The notes under the pieces were generated by a model that had not been told where the DNA came from, did not search any database, and saw only the letters and a program-made list of their open reading frames with translations. Shown piece by piece: positions 8,099 through 17,274 of a stretch of DNA of 32,000 nt. This DNA is from Vulcanisaeta distributa DSM 14429 (GTDB lineage: Archaea; Thermoproteota; Thermoprotei; Thermoproteales; Thermocladiaceae): positions 90,001 to 122,000 of the forward strand of contig NC_014537.1 of assembly GCF_000148385.1 (NCBI RefSeq). The letters run 5' to 3'. Numbering within the stretch: the stretch's first letter is position 1; every line of letters starts with the position of its first letter. The translations under genes and the position numbers were made by a program.

Positions 8099-10438
8099 TT
8101 AAATACTATGAAGTAGGCGTGAATATACCCTCATAAGCTCAAGACCAGCCTTAACCCCCATCTCAATACCCTGTATATTCAACCCCAATAGAAACCTCTC
8201 CACCTCATCCTCCTGACCAAGGCCTATGAATGGTATTGAGTACGTAAATACCCTAGACAATACGCCGGGGTCCCCATAGGCCTCTATGAAGCGTTTATAA
8301 TTATTCATTAGCCACCCTAAGTTTATGTCACGTACATACGGGTTCCTGGAGCCAACCGTGAAGAATTGAAGATCCTGCCTCTTAACCTCACCTGACATCA
8401 GGAAGTCCAGGGACTTCCTATACTCATCCCTATCGGTAACGCTCAGCATGGCAGCCAACACCCTATTCCTATCCTCATCGGACACTAACGTCCTGTAAAG
8501 CCCCCTAAGGGTCTCGAAGGGTCTCTCACCAACCACCGCGTAGGCGTTGACGACGGCCTGCCTCATGACGGGGCTCAGGCCCTGGTAATCCCTAATTAAA
8601 CCGGCTATTGACATTGCGTAATCCTCATCAACCAATGCACGGCGGGAAAGCACCAACTCCCTAACATCATCCATTCCCGAGACACCCTCAAGCAATGTGC
8701 TCTGGGCCCTCAGGTACTCCGTGAATACCTCCTTAACGGCCGAGGGCTTTATCGAGTATAAGGTACCCAGTTGGGTTATTACAGTTGTCGTAATTAGGTA
8801 ATTAACTATGTCGCTCACGGACCTAACCAGGCTCAGGTACTCACTTAGGCTAATGGAGCCCTGAAGCAGGTGGGCATAGGCATCATTTATCACACTCCAC
8901 CTCTCGAAGTGATTAGACGCATTGCTCAATGCCCTGGACCAATCAGTGTACCTAACCCTGTAATAACCACTACCATTAACATTCAGGAACAGGGATGCTG
9001 ACGACACGCTGAGCGTTAATGTATCGTGCTCCATGAGTACGGTATTCACCGCACCATTAAACCTATAAACAATGGGTATGGGCCAGGTATCTGCGGTATT
9101 ACCACTGAGTATGAACCTTGACTGCCTAAGCGTAATGCCCTTGCCTGGCTCCTCAACGACTATGACCGGGTGCCCTGGCTTATCAACCCAGGCCTTCATG
9201 ACCTTGGTCACTGGCTTACCACTAACCTCCTCAATACTACTCCACAGGTCATCCTCGGTGGCGTTTGAGTATGCGTACTTCCTGAGGTAATTACTAAGGC
9301 CCTTCCTGAACTCCTCCTCGCCAACGTAGTTCTCAAGCATCCTAAGGAGTGAGGCGCCCTTGCCATAGCTAATATCATCAAATATCTCAAAGGCCTCCTC
9401 CTCACTACTAATGGGTACGTGGACGGGGTGCGTACTTACCAATGAGTCCCTGAGCATGGAGCCGACCGTCTCGTCAGCCAGGAACCTATACCAAACACCC
9501 CACCCTGGGAAGAGCCTATCCATGGCCTTATAACTCATGAATGTGGCGAAGGACTCATTAAGCCAGAGGTCATCCCACCAACGCATCGTGACCAAGTTAC
9601 CAAACCATTGATGGGCAATCTCATGGGCAACAACCTCGGCAACCCTCCTCCTAGTCAACTCAGTACTACCCCTACCCACCAGCAGTGCGGTCTCCCTGAA
9701 CGTAATGGCGCCCCAATTCTCCATAGCCCCAGCCGCAAACTCAGGAACGTGAATCAAATGAAGCTTGGGCAGTGGGTACGGTATCCCGAAGTAACCACTG
9801 TAGAATTCAAGCACGCCCTTAGCAACATCAAGCGCAAACCTACCATCCTCAACCCTATCCTTAAGTGGCGTGGCGAAGATTACGTCAACATTACCAACCC
9901 TATCCCTGGACTCAAAGAACCTACCAATGCCCAGGTAGAGGAGGTATGTGGATATCCTGGGGGTCTCCGCAAACTCAAAGACCTTCCAGGGACCATCCCA
10001 GTAAACCCTAACAGGCGGCGTGTTGAATATCACGTCGTAATCACCATCAACCAAGACCCGAACCCTAAACCTAGCCTTAGCAGCAGGGTTATCAACACAG
10101 GGTATGAAGTACCTAGCGCCCGTGGGCTCGAACTGCGTCGTTATCATGTAGCCGTCCCTATACGGAGCCCTATAAATACCCAACAACCTATCACCAACCC
10201 TACCATTAAACAAAACCCTAACAACACCACTAATGGGACCCCGAACCCTCAAAACCCTACCATCGTAGGAATAATCAACAGGCCTACCATCAACCTCAAC
10301 AGACCTAATACCAAGATCAACAGCATTAAGCAATAAATCACCCACAGAACTAACATGAACATCCACAACACCCTCATACGTCAAATCCCCAAACCTAAAC
10401 CTAAGCTCAACCACGTACAACTCAACACCAAGCGACAC
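8099..10438 (-). CDS. M1 family zinc aminopeptidase (tricorn-interacting factor F2/F3-like)
   Basis: The 779-aa ORF has the exopeptidase motif GAMENWG and the zinc site HEIAHQWFGNLVTMRWWDDLWLNESFA (HExxH-x18-E). Confidence 0.9.
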   Translation of the reverse strand: MSLGVELYVVELRFRFGDLTYEGVVDVHVSSVGDLLLNAVDLGIRSVEVDGRPVDYSYDGRVLRVRGPISGVVRVLFNGRVGDRLLGIYRAPYRDGYMITTQFEPTGARYFIPCVDNPAAKARFRVRVLVDGDYDVIFNTPPVRVYWDGPWKVFEFAETPRISTYLLYLGIGRFFESRDRVGNVDVIFATPLKDRVEDGRFALDVAKGVLEFYSGYFGIPYPLPKLHLIHVPEFAAGAMENWGAITFRETALLVGRGSTELTRRRVAEVVAHEIAHQWFGNLVTMRWWDDLWLNESFATFMSYKAMDRLFPGWGVWYRFLADETVGSMLRDSLVSTHPVHVPISSEEEAFEIFDDISYGKGASLLRMLENYVGEEEFRKGLSNYLRKYAYSNATEDDLWSSIEEVSGKPVTKVMKAWVDKPGHPVIVVEEPGKGITLRQSRFILSGNTADTWPIPIVYRFNGAVNTVLMEHDTLTLSVSSASLFLNVNGSGYYRVRYTDWSRALSNASNHFERWSVINDAYAHLLQGSISLSEYLSLVRSVSDIVNYLITTTVITQLGTLYSIKPSAVKEVFTEYLRAQSTLLEGVSGMDDVRELVLSRRALVDEDYAMSIAGLIRDYQGLSPVMRQAVVNAYAVVGERPFETLRGLYRTLVSDEDRNRVLAAMLSVTDRDEYRKSLDFLMSGEVKRQDLQFFTVGSRNPYVRDINLGWLMNNYKRFIEAYGDPGVLSRVFTYSIPFIGLGQEDEVERFLLGLNIQGIEMGVKAGLELMRVYSRLLHSI

Positions 10439-10616
10439 ATGGCTAACAAAGTATACACATTATTAAATATAATGCCAGCCAGGTCAAAAATACGGAGAAC
10501 AAACGGGCCTATTGGCGCAGTTAATACCAATGCTTCCAGAGGCGTCTCTATCTTGTCGTCTTTCATCATACTAAAAGCATATATCTACAAAATGTAATAA
10601 TGGCTTAAGAAGAACA

Positions 10617-12026
10617 ATGAGTAAAGAGCAGGTAAACGTCGAGTTATACGTAAGGGACTTCTCGGTATTCGAAGAGACGAGATTAATGCTGAAGCCACTC
10701 ACCATATTGATAGGTAGGAATAGCGTGGGGAAGAGCCATTTATTATACCTAATTTGGCTACTAATGAGGCTTGAACCAAACGTACCAGCCTTAGTCGAGG
10801 TTGATGAAAACCTGCGCAAAATGATAATGGGCCTAAAGGAGGCGGTATTCAAGGGTGAGGATGAGTTACGTAAGGCAATAATCAGTATTATTAGGGAAAT
10901 AATTCGGGGATACTCATATTTCCTAACCGAATCCTTCAAGAAAACCTTTGGGGTAGGATCGGTAGAGCTTTCGAGAAATAAGCAGATGAAGATATTGGTG
11001 CAGGGAAGCGATAAATGCAAAATTGAATTTAAGCTTTTAGAGAATAAGATTGAGACGAGTTACATTGAATGTGAAGATCTATTTAACAATATTAACGTAG
11101 GGAGATTAGAGAAATTGGGTTTAAAAGAACTAGAAATGGAAAATAATAGGTTTATTGTTCTTTGGTCAGAGTCAGAAAGTTGTAGGTTTGCAGCGGGCGT
11201 ACGTCTTGATACAAATAACATTATGTTTAATTATATTTCCTTAAATTCAATAGTAAAATATACTGTAAGTGCTTGTTTTGAACCATGGTTTTTAGGTGAT
11301 GATTATGTTGACTTTTTTGTTGATGGTAGGGCGGGGCTTATTAGATCGATTATGAAACCTCAGGTAAAGATTGAGGGTCTTCTTGAGCCCGATGAGGTAT
11401 TTAGGTATAAGTACTTTAAGATGATGGAGGGTGCATATGGGGGTATTAAGGGTATTGAGTTGATTAGGGATTTCCTCAATGAGCTTGGTGTTAGGGATAT
11501 TAAGGTGGAGTTTGAGAGGGGCTTATATGTGCCCTATGTGGTCACGTGGAATGGTTACGTAATACCGCTTGATATAGCGCCTTCTGGGGTTAGGGAATCA
11601 CTTTTGCCAGTATTATCCTTAATTAATGGTGAGAGTAGGGTTGTGATTATTGAAGAGCCGGAGGCTCATCTTCATCCCAGGGCTATTACCAGGTTGGCTA
11701 GGGTTATTGCCAGGGCGGTTAACAGGGGTAAGTGGGTAATACTATCGACTCACAGTGATTACCTGCTCTACGGGTTGAGCAACCTTATTGAGGCTAGTGG
11801 ACTCAGTGATGAGGAACTGAAGAGGCGTGGGTTGGACAGGAGCGATGTGTTAAGCCCGGATAAGGTTGCCGTGTACCTGGTCAAGGCTGAGCCGGAGAAG
11901 AGCGCCTCGGTTCTTGAGAGGATTCCCGTGAGCATTGATGGTATTGAGGAGGAGGAATTCAGTAAGGTGGCCACGGAGCTGGCTGAGGAATCCTCACTCA
12001 TCAGAAGTATGAAGGCGAGGAGTTAA
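10617..12026 (+). CDS. ABC-like ATPase of the AAA_15/AAA_21 type, possibly with a DUF3696-like C-terminus
   Basis: The ORF has Walker A LIGRNSVGKSHLL, a signature-like APSGVRESLL, a Walker B/D-loop VVIIEEPEAHLHP and an H-loop LSTHSDYLL. The C-terminal VAVYLVK..SVLERIPVSIDGIEEEEF resembles the DUF3696 tail as I remember it. Confidence 0.75.
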   Translation: MSKEQVNVELYVRDFSVFEETRLMLKPLTILIGRNSVGKSHLLYLIWLLMRLEPNVPALVEVDENLRKMIMGLKEAVFKGEDELRKAIISIIREIIRGYSYFLTESFKKTFGVGSVELSRNKQMKILVQGSDKCKIEFKLLENKIETSYIECEDLFNNINVGRLEKLGLKELEMENNRFIVLWSESESCRFAAGVRLDTNNIMFNYISLNSIVKYTVSACFEPWFLGDDYVDFFVDGRAGLIRSIMKPQVKIEGLLEPDEVFRYKYFKMMEGAYGGIKGIELIRDFLNELGVRDIKVEFERGLYVPYVVTWNGYVIPLDIAPSGVRESLLPVLSLINGESRVVIIEEPEAHLHPRAITRLARVIARAVNRGKWVILSTHSDYLLYGLSNLIEASGLSDEELKRRGLDRSDVLSPDKVAVYLVKAEPEKSASVLERIPVSIDGIEEEEFSKVATELAEESSLIRSMKARS

Positions 12027-12028
12027 CT

Positions 12029-12385
12029 ATGAAGGGTAGATGTAGGATTAAGCGTGCTGATTGCCGGCTCATTGACTTAGACGAGTATGTTGATAACATT
12101 ACTGGTCATGGTGATAAGCCACCCCACGCGGATTACGCATTAATATGCGGTGGTAGAGTTATCATAGTTGAGGAGGTCGACGGCAAGGCCGAGCTCAGAG
12201 ATGGCAGGAAGGTTGAAGAGAGTGAAAAACTGCTCAGGGAGCGCGGTGAAATTACCGTGCAAAACGTGCTTAAAGTTGTTCACGCTAGGGCTGGGGCCGA
12301 CTCAATGGTTGCGAGGGTCTTCCGTAGTGCTAAAATTTTCCTGGTAACCTGTTGCGATAAATTAAGTGAGATAGTCCGGGAGTAA
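12029..12385 (+). CDS. 118-aa protein coupled to the ATPase; possible minimal PD-(D/E)XK / NucS-RecB-like nuclease core
   Basis: Its ATG is 2 nt after the ATPase stop. The core HADYALICGGRVIIVEEVDGKAELRDGRKVEESEKLL has an acidic residue, then a hydrophobic strand ending in EE-x-D-G-K. Cys pairs occur at C5/C12 and C108/C109. The motif spacing is not canonical. Confidence 0.45.
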   Translation: MKGRCRIKRADCRLIDLDEYVDNITGHGDKPPHADYALICGGRVIIVEEVDGKAELRDGRKVEESEKLLRERGEITVQNVLKVVHARAGADSMVARVFRSAKIFLVTCCDKLSEIVRE

Positions 12386-12729
12386 ATAGCGTAATTAGCA
12401 ATACCCTATTTACGGCATTAATGATTACCTCCTTGGCTTCCCGCGGGATTCTGGCTCTATGAATGACATTACTTTACTAATACTAAATTCGCCCTACTAA
12501 TCTTGATACTTACTCATGACGTAGTATCCCTTACGTAATTCCTGGGTTTCACATTGATGAGGCATTTAACGGCGATATTTAAACCATGCACCTTATTGCG
12601 CTTTAAGGTCGTAGCGTTAAGCTATGACGAATAATATGAATTCATCCCATTAAGTAGTGGCGTTGTGGATCCCAGCGGTTAAGGCTGAGTAAACCGTGGT
12701 CAAATGCCGAGGAGTATAGGAGGGGGCGC

Positions 12730-13164
12730 ATGTTGGAGACTAGGTATGAGACCGAGCTTGCATTGAGGTTCCTTGAGGCTGGTCTGTATAGGAATACCGC
12801 TGGTAAGGCGTTTCAGGCATGGAAGGCCTTGTTGGCTACGTTGGCCATTAGCTATGCCGATGAACTAGCCAGGAGGTTTAAGGGGTTAGAAGGACTAGGG
12901 ATGGTAAGAGGGTTAGTTTGTCGGACTTCTAGTGGCGTTCATGCTCACGGACTACATGCTGGCCGTGGCCAAGGCCCTGGAACAAATAACGGATAAGCCC
13001 CTCGTCGACTTAACAAACACTGCAATAAATTTGCATGAATTTCAATACAATGGACTTGACGAGGCCGGGTATTTAGTAGATAGCCAACCATAGACCTGGT
13101 CATAGGCGACATTAAGAGGGTGGTTAATGTGGTTCAGCAAATCCTAAGATCAATACAGGCGTAG
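12730..13164 (+). pseudogene. PaREP1-family (HEPN-like clan) gene, disrupted by several frame changes
   Basis: Frame 1 reads MLETRYETELALRFLEAGLYRNTAGKAFQAWKALLATLAISYADELARRFKG and then degenerates. A second frame continues FVGLLVAFMLTDYMLAVAKALEQITDKPLVDLTNTAINLHEFQYNGLDEAGYLVDSQP*. A third frame ends IDLVIGDIKRVVNVVQQILRSIQA* with its stop at 13162-13164. The family call is from memory of PaREP1 sequences. Confidence 0.55.
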
Positions 13165-13328
13165 CGCTAAGCAAGAAACTTAGGTAGCCCTGAACCACGG
13201 CTCACCCTCCTTTACGAAGAACTTCCTAACCTCCTTAGCAACCCATTAACATCGTTTATCAACACCCTACACTTTAATTGATAGTATTAGCACGTATGTC
13301 ATGGGCATAAACCCTGACTTAATAACCG

Positions 13329-13417
13329 TGGTGCCGGGGCCGGGATTTGAACCCGGGCCCCCTTGCGGGGACGGACTTAGCAGGCCCGCGCCTTGGACCT
13401 GGCTCGGCCACCCCGGC
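13329..13417 (-). tRNA. tRNA-Ser(GCU): tRNA-Ser (anticodon GCU) with a long variable arm; CCA appears to be encoded
   Basis: The reverse complement is GCCGGGGTGGCCGAGCCAGGTCCAAGGCGCGGGCCTGCTAAGTCCGTCCCCGCAAGGGGGCCCGGGTTCAAATCCCGGCCCCGGCACCA. It folds with acceptor GCCGGGG/CCCCGGC, anticodon stem CGGGC/GTCCG around loop CTGCTAA, variable stem CCCC-GCAA-GGGG and T arm CCGGG-TTCAAAT-CCCGG. Confidence 0.9.
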
Positions 13418-13486
13418 GTTTTCTTGGTTGGTTTTGTTTGTTTTAAGTTTTTTGTGTTGCGGGGCTCGTGGTTTCTTTTCTGGAAT

Positions 13487-13500
13487 AAAATTTTAATAAT
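13487..13500 (+). promoter_or_regulatory. TATA-like box (aaaattttaataat) about 28 nt upstream of the atpK ATG
   Basis: This is the only strongly AT-rich block upstream of 13522. Spacing is the only evidence. Confidence 0.3.
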
Positions 13501-13521
13501 GTATTATGTATTGATTCGTCG

Positions 13522-13824
13522 ATGGTGGGTAGGAGGTTTGTTAGGGCCTTGGTAATAGCGGTGTTGGTGCTTAGTCTTGCAGCTTTAGTTGTTCATGCGC
13601 AGGCGAGTGATCAGGCGCAGGTCATGGCTGCCAGGGCTTTAGCGGCTGGTATTGGATTTGGACTTGCAGCCCTCGGCGCTGGCATTGGTATCGGCATTGC
13701 TGGTGCCGCCTCGGTAAGCGCCTTAGTTGAGAGGAGGGAGTTATTCGCGCTTTACTTAGTATTCGTCGCGTTGGCAGAGGCAATTGCAATCTATGGTCTC
13801 GTAGTCCTCTTCATACTATACTAA
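13522..13824 (+). CDS. atpK: A/V-type ATP synthase proteolipid subunit K (c subunit)
   Basis: The 100-aa ORF has a Gly/Ala-rich helix, AAGIGFGLAALGAGIGIGIAGAAS, and a second helix, LVFVALAEAIAIYGLVVLFILY, that carries the ion-binding Glu. It also has an extra N-terminal hydrophobic segment. Confidence 0.85.
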   Translation: MVGRRFVRALVIAVLVLSLAALVVHAQASDQAQVMAARALAAGIGFGLAALGAGIGIGIAGAASVSALVERRELFALYLVFVALAEAIAIYGLVVLFILY

Positions 13825-13852
13825 TCCAGGGTCCTAAGAAATAATTAACGTC

Positions 13853-13868
13853 AAAAATTACTGTTTTT
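13853..13868. terminator. Oligo-T tracts on both strands between the convergent atpK and M20 genes
   Basis: A5 at 13853-13857 (T5 on the minus strand) and T5 at 13864-13868 lie in the 46-nt gap between convergent stop codons. Archaeal termination commonly uses oligo-T. Confidence 0.3.
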
Positions 13869-13870
13869 AA

Positions 13871-15193
13871 TTATGAAGAAATTAATCGCCTAACCAATAA
13901 TGAGTAAAACCTAGCCGTGGTCTCAAGGGACTTTATGCTTACGTACTCATTCGGTCCATGGGCATTACCACCCACTGGCCCGAAGTCTATGGTCTCAATA
14001 CCAAGCGGTGAGAAGTACCTGGCATCACTCGCGCCGGCCATCTCCACTACCCTAGCCTCAAGACCAAGCTCAGTAAGCACCTCACTGGCTAGCTTAACGA
14101 GCCTTGAGTCACGTGGAGTGTATAGGTATCCCCCACCGCCCTCACCCTCAACCCTAACCTCAACCCCCTGGAAATCCTCCCTCAACGCATCACCCATCGC
14201 CTCCTCAATAGCCTTCGCATCGTCAGTCATGGCCCTAACATTAATCACAAACTCATGGTAATCACCAACAACCCTATAGACGTTGGGCGTGGCTGTGATA
14301 CCATAAACGCTCTGCGCCTTAATCCTGGGCACGAACCTAGTCAACGGTAGTAGGGCCTTAACTAGCCTCGTTAGCCCCACATCAACCTCTTGCTGTGGGC
14401 AGTCACTGCAGGGCTTAATCACGTCAGCCTCAACCCAGGTCGGCGTAACATTACTTTTAACAAAGCCACCCCTAAGGTTAGCCACGTAAGCATTGTTGAG
14501 CCATACGTATTGTGAGAGGGCAATGACTGGGTGTGTATCAACACCGCCAATGAAGTACGCGGCGTGGTATGGAGGCGTGACCTTATAATCAAGTTGAAAC
14601 CTAATGGTCTCCCTACGCCCATTAACCACGGCCCTCTCAACCCTGGACCTGATCCTAGCATTGAATATTGCCCTCCTCCTATTTATAATGACCATTAACT
14701 GACCATCAGCATTAACCACATAGTTCGGCCTAAGGCCATTACCCAATAGGTAATCCCTAACTACCCTAGCCCCATTCTCACCTCCAACCTCCTCATCAGT
14801 AGTGAACGCAACAATTACCGTGCCCTTACCAATACTCACTAAGTCCTCCAAGGCTTTAAGCACGGCAGCCACATTACCCTTATCATCAAGCGCGCCACGA
14901 CCATACGCAAGGTCACCCTCAACCGTCAACCTAAGCGGGTCATACCTCCACTCACTGCGTACAAACGGAACAACATCGAGGTGTGCCATGAGTAGTACGC
15001 GGGGCTCACCAGAACCAATGACACCAACCACACTCCTATACCCATGACTAACCAAAACCCTGGTCTTTACGCCAAGCCCATTCAACACACCCTCGACAAA
15101 ATCAACAACGCCAGGGTCGGGCATCCTACCATTGTCCGGGTCATTCACTGTATCGAACTCTACGAGAACCTCGAGCAGTTTAAGTAGGTCCAT
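13871..15193 (-). CDS. M20 family metallohydrolase (ArgE/DapE/CPG2-like deacylase or peptidase)
   Basis: The 440-aa ORF has the motifs LLMAHLDVVP, GRGALDDKG, FTTDEEVGGENG and a C-terminal GGNAHGPNEY. Confidence 0.8.
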   Translation of the reverse strand: MDLLKLLEVLVEFDTVNDPDNGRMPDPGVVDFVEGVLNGLGVKTRVLVSHGYRSVVGVIGSGEPRVLLMAHLDVVPFVRSEWRYDPLRLTVEGDLAYGRGALDDKGNVAAVLKALEDLVSIGKGTVIVAFTTDEEVGGENGARVVRDYLLGNGLRPNYVVNADGQLMVIINRRRAIFNARIRSRVERAVVNGRRETIRFQLDYKVTPPYHAAYFIGGVDTHPVIALSQYVWLNNAYVANLRGGFVKSNVTPTWVEADVIKPCSDCPQQEVDVGLTRLVKALLPLTRFVPRIKAQSVYGITATPNVYRVVGDYHEFVINVRAMTDDAKAIEEAMGDALREDFQGVEVRVEGEGGGGYLYTPRDSRLVKLASEVLTELGLEARVVEMAGASDARYFSPLGIETIDFGPVGGNAHGPNEYVSIKSLETTARFYSLLVRRLISS

Positions 15194-15199
15194 GGGTCA

Positions 15200-15994
15200 C
15201 TAACCACCCTGCACCTGAATTCCTAGGCTCTCCAGGGTATTCTTCAGAATATTCCTTATCTCATTAATGTCCACGGGGACTATCGTGCCCTTAGCCGTGG
15301 TGAAGTAATACCAATTCATTGAGTGCGACACACCCTTCATCCTCTTAACCCTCATCCTCCTGACCGGTATTCCCAGGTTCGCCATATTCTCATCAAACTC
15401 CATCTCAATCACGCCATCAAACACATACTCAATACTATTGAGTAGGTTGTCAATGTCCTCCGTGGTCACGTGGGCCACTATGAACGTTATCATGTTGTAA
15501 AGCCTCGATAAAGACTTAAACTGCTTAAGCATGGCAATCAAACCCCTCGGATCAATGTTAATGAGGAGGTCATTGATTGAGTCAATGATCAGACCACGGG
15601 CATTTCTCGAATAAACAGCCTGACTAACCTTACTAATTAATTGCCCAGGATCAAGTTCGGTGATTACGTCGATAACGTTTGCCGCCTTAACCCTACGCTG
15701 GTCACTGAGTGTGAAGCCATCAATTATGAAGAGTCTATTACTGAATTCCTTCAGGTCATTAATCACGGACTCAGGATTATCATCAAAGGACACGTAAATA
15801 AGCGGGTAATTACTGAGGATACTCTTCGCAAGCAACTTAACGAGGAGCGTCTTACCCATACCCAAATCCCCGCGGATCAGGACTAGGTAGCCGAAGGGAA
15901 AGCCCGTGGGCAGTAAATCCTCCAAAACCTGGCACTTAAGGAAGTCCATAACAACCAAGGAATAAGCCAGAACAAAATAATTAAGCATTACCAC
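15200..15994 (-). CDS. KaiC/RadA-like RecA-superfamily ATPase (single domain)
   Basis: The ORF has Walker A IRGDLGMGKTLLV and a Walker B-like RGLIIDSIND. Its size (264 aa) and layout match the archaeal KaiC-like COG0467 type. It ends 7 nt upstream of the M20 gene start. Confidence 0.7.
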   Translation of the reverse strand: MVMLNYFVLAYSLVVMDFLKCQVLEDLLPTGFPFGYLVLIRGDLGMGKTLLVKLLAKSILSNYPLIYVSFDDNPESVINDLKEFSNRLFIIDGFTLSDQRRVKAANVIDVITELDPGQLISKVSQAVYSRNARGLIIDSINDLLINIDPRGLIAMLKQFKSLSRLYNMITFIVAHVTTEDIDNLLNSIEYVFDGVIEMEFDENMANLGIPVRRMRVKRMKGVSHSMNWYYFTTAKGTIVPVDINEIRNILKNTLESLGIQVQGG

Positions 15995-16435
15995 CTGGTA
16001 TGTCTTACTTTTACTAGTACTTATTAAGTATTAGGGAGGTTGAGGAGCACGCCAATGATACTCAATACATAATAAACCTAGTAAGGAATGCATTTGCTCA
16101 GGAATTAGCGTTGGTACATAAGTGGCTTGGCATTAGTATACCCAGCCATGCGCCATTCACATACTCACTAACCATTAGGAGAGTAAGTAAAAGGGCGAGA
16201 ATGGCGATTTAACGGCAATGATTAATTAACAAAATTAAGAAGAGCGTTGCGGAGCATCCGACGAGTAGGTCATTCAATGATGGGTCTTAATATTCTAAAC
16301 GCACCTAGACAGGGCTCATGACCAGTACTAATTTCACCAGAGCCATTGCACGAGGAATGCCGTAACATCCACTGTCATAATCACCGGCGATAATAAATCA
16401 TTTTAATTTTCCATGCGTAGAGTAATCTCAGTGCT

Positions 16436-17146
16436 TTGGTTATGTTTCGGGGTTTTGGCAGGGCTGTTTTAATTATCTCGTTATTCCTAATTGTTTATTA
16501 CCTCATTTATTCCCTGTCGCTTATTTACCTCAAACCCTACATCCATTACTACCTCTCGGTAGCGAGCACCCACACCAGGGTGTTTAATTTCGCAGTCCTC
16601 ATAATATTCCTAACATCACCATTCAACGCCTACGAAGCCGTAATAATTCACGTAGACCCAACGACCTACTTCCTAATGAGCGTTCTCCTACCAACAACAT
16701 TAATGCTCGTATTCCTAACCCTCTACAACCATGTTGTGAATAGGCTTGGTGTAAGGCCCGTGATCCCAATCACGGGCTTTACAGTATTCACTATTGCTGC
16801 ATCACTCACCGACTCCTGGGTAGTGTCACTGGGTAGGTGGTTGGTTCTTGGGGCGCCGAGTATAGGAACCTCCGTGTACTCCATATTCCAACTAACCGCC
16901 ACAATGTACATAGTGGTTACCCTAATAATCCAGGTAATTAAGATCACACGCTCAGTGGGGTTTAGGCATGAAATTAAGTCACGACTCATCACGATATACG
17001 CACTAATCACGATCATAATAATACTCGTAATAACCGCAGTATACTACGTACTCATGAAATACGCACCAATAGCGAACACAAACCACGCAGTGGGACTAAT
17101 CATAGCCACACTACTCATTTACGCGTATCACAAATTTCATCACTAA
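16436..17146 (+). CDS. Polytopic membrane protein (about 7 hydrophobic segments), function unknown
   Basis: The 236-aa ORF is almost entirely hydrophobic helices. I recognise no motif. It has a TTG start with an ATG two codons later. Confidence 0.55.
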   Translation: MVMFRGFGRAVLIISLFLIVYYLIYSLSLIYLKPYIHYYLSVASTHTRVFNFAVLIIFLTSPFNAYEAVIIHVDPTTYFLMSVLLPTTLMLVFLTLYNHVVNRLGVRPVIPITGFTVFTIAASLTDSWVVSLGRWLVLGAPSIGTSVYSIFQLTATMYIVVTLIIQVIKITRSVGFRHEIKSRLITIYALITIIIILVITAVYYVLMKYAPIANTNHAVGLIIATLLIYAYHKFHH

Positions 17147-17274
17147 TTAATACGATGCTAATACCCGAAATAGATTGATGGAGCTAACAGTGAAGGATTA
17201 AGGAGGGATTTAGGCAGTCTCATAAGGTTGTCATGATGATGGATTATGTAGAACTGGCTTTGTTAAATTGTGCC

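Noticed and set aside
12624-12688. A possible C/D-box sRNA: ATGACGA, then CTGA, within a 65-nt stretch.
   Set aside because: The C box is imperfect, there are no internal D'/C' boxes, and no terminal stem is visible. It lies in the leader of the PaREP1 pseudogene.
13301-13555. An 84-aa plus-strand ORF overlapping tRNA-Ser. This could have been a split SSV-type integrase fragment reading through an att site.
   Set aside because: The translation has no integrase-like sequence and runs through a G/T-rich spacer. It is most simply an artefact of the tRNA and the promoter region.
16312-16325. gggctcatgaccag resembles the tRNA(CAU) anticodon loop region, so it might be an att remnant marking the left island border.
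   Set aside because: Only about 9 nt match and the similarity does not extend into T-arm sequence. I found no copy of ggattcgaaccc outside the tRNA itself.
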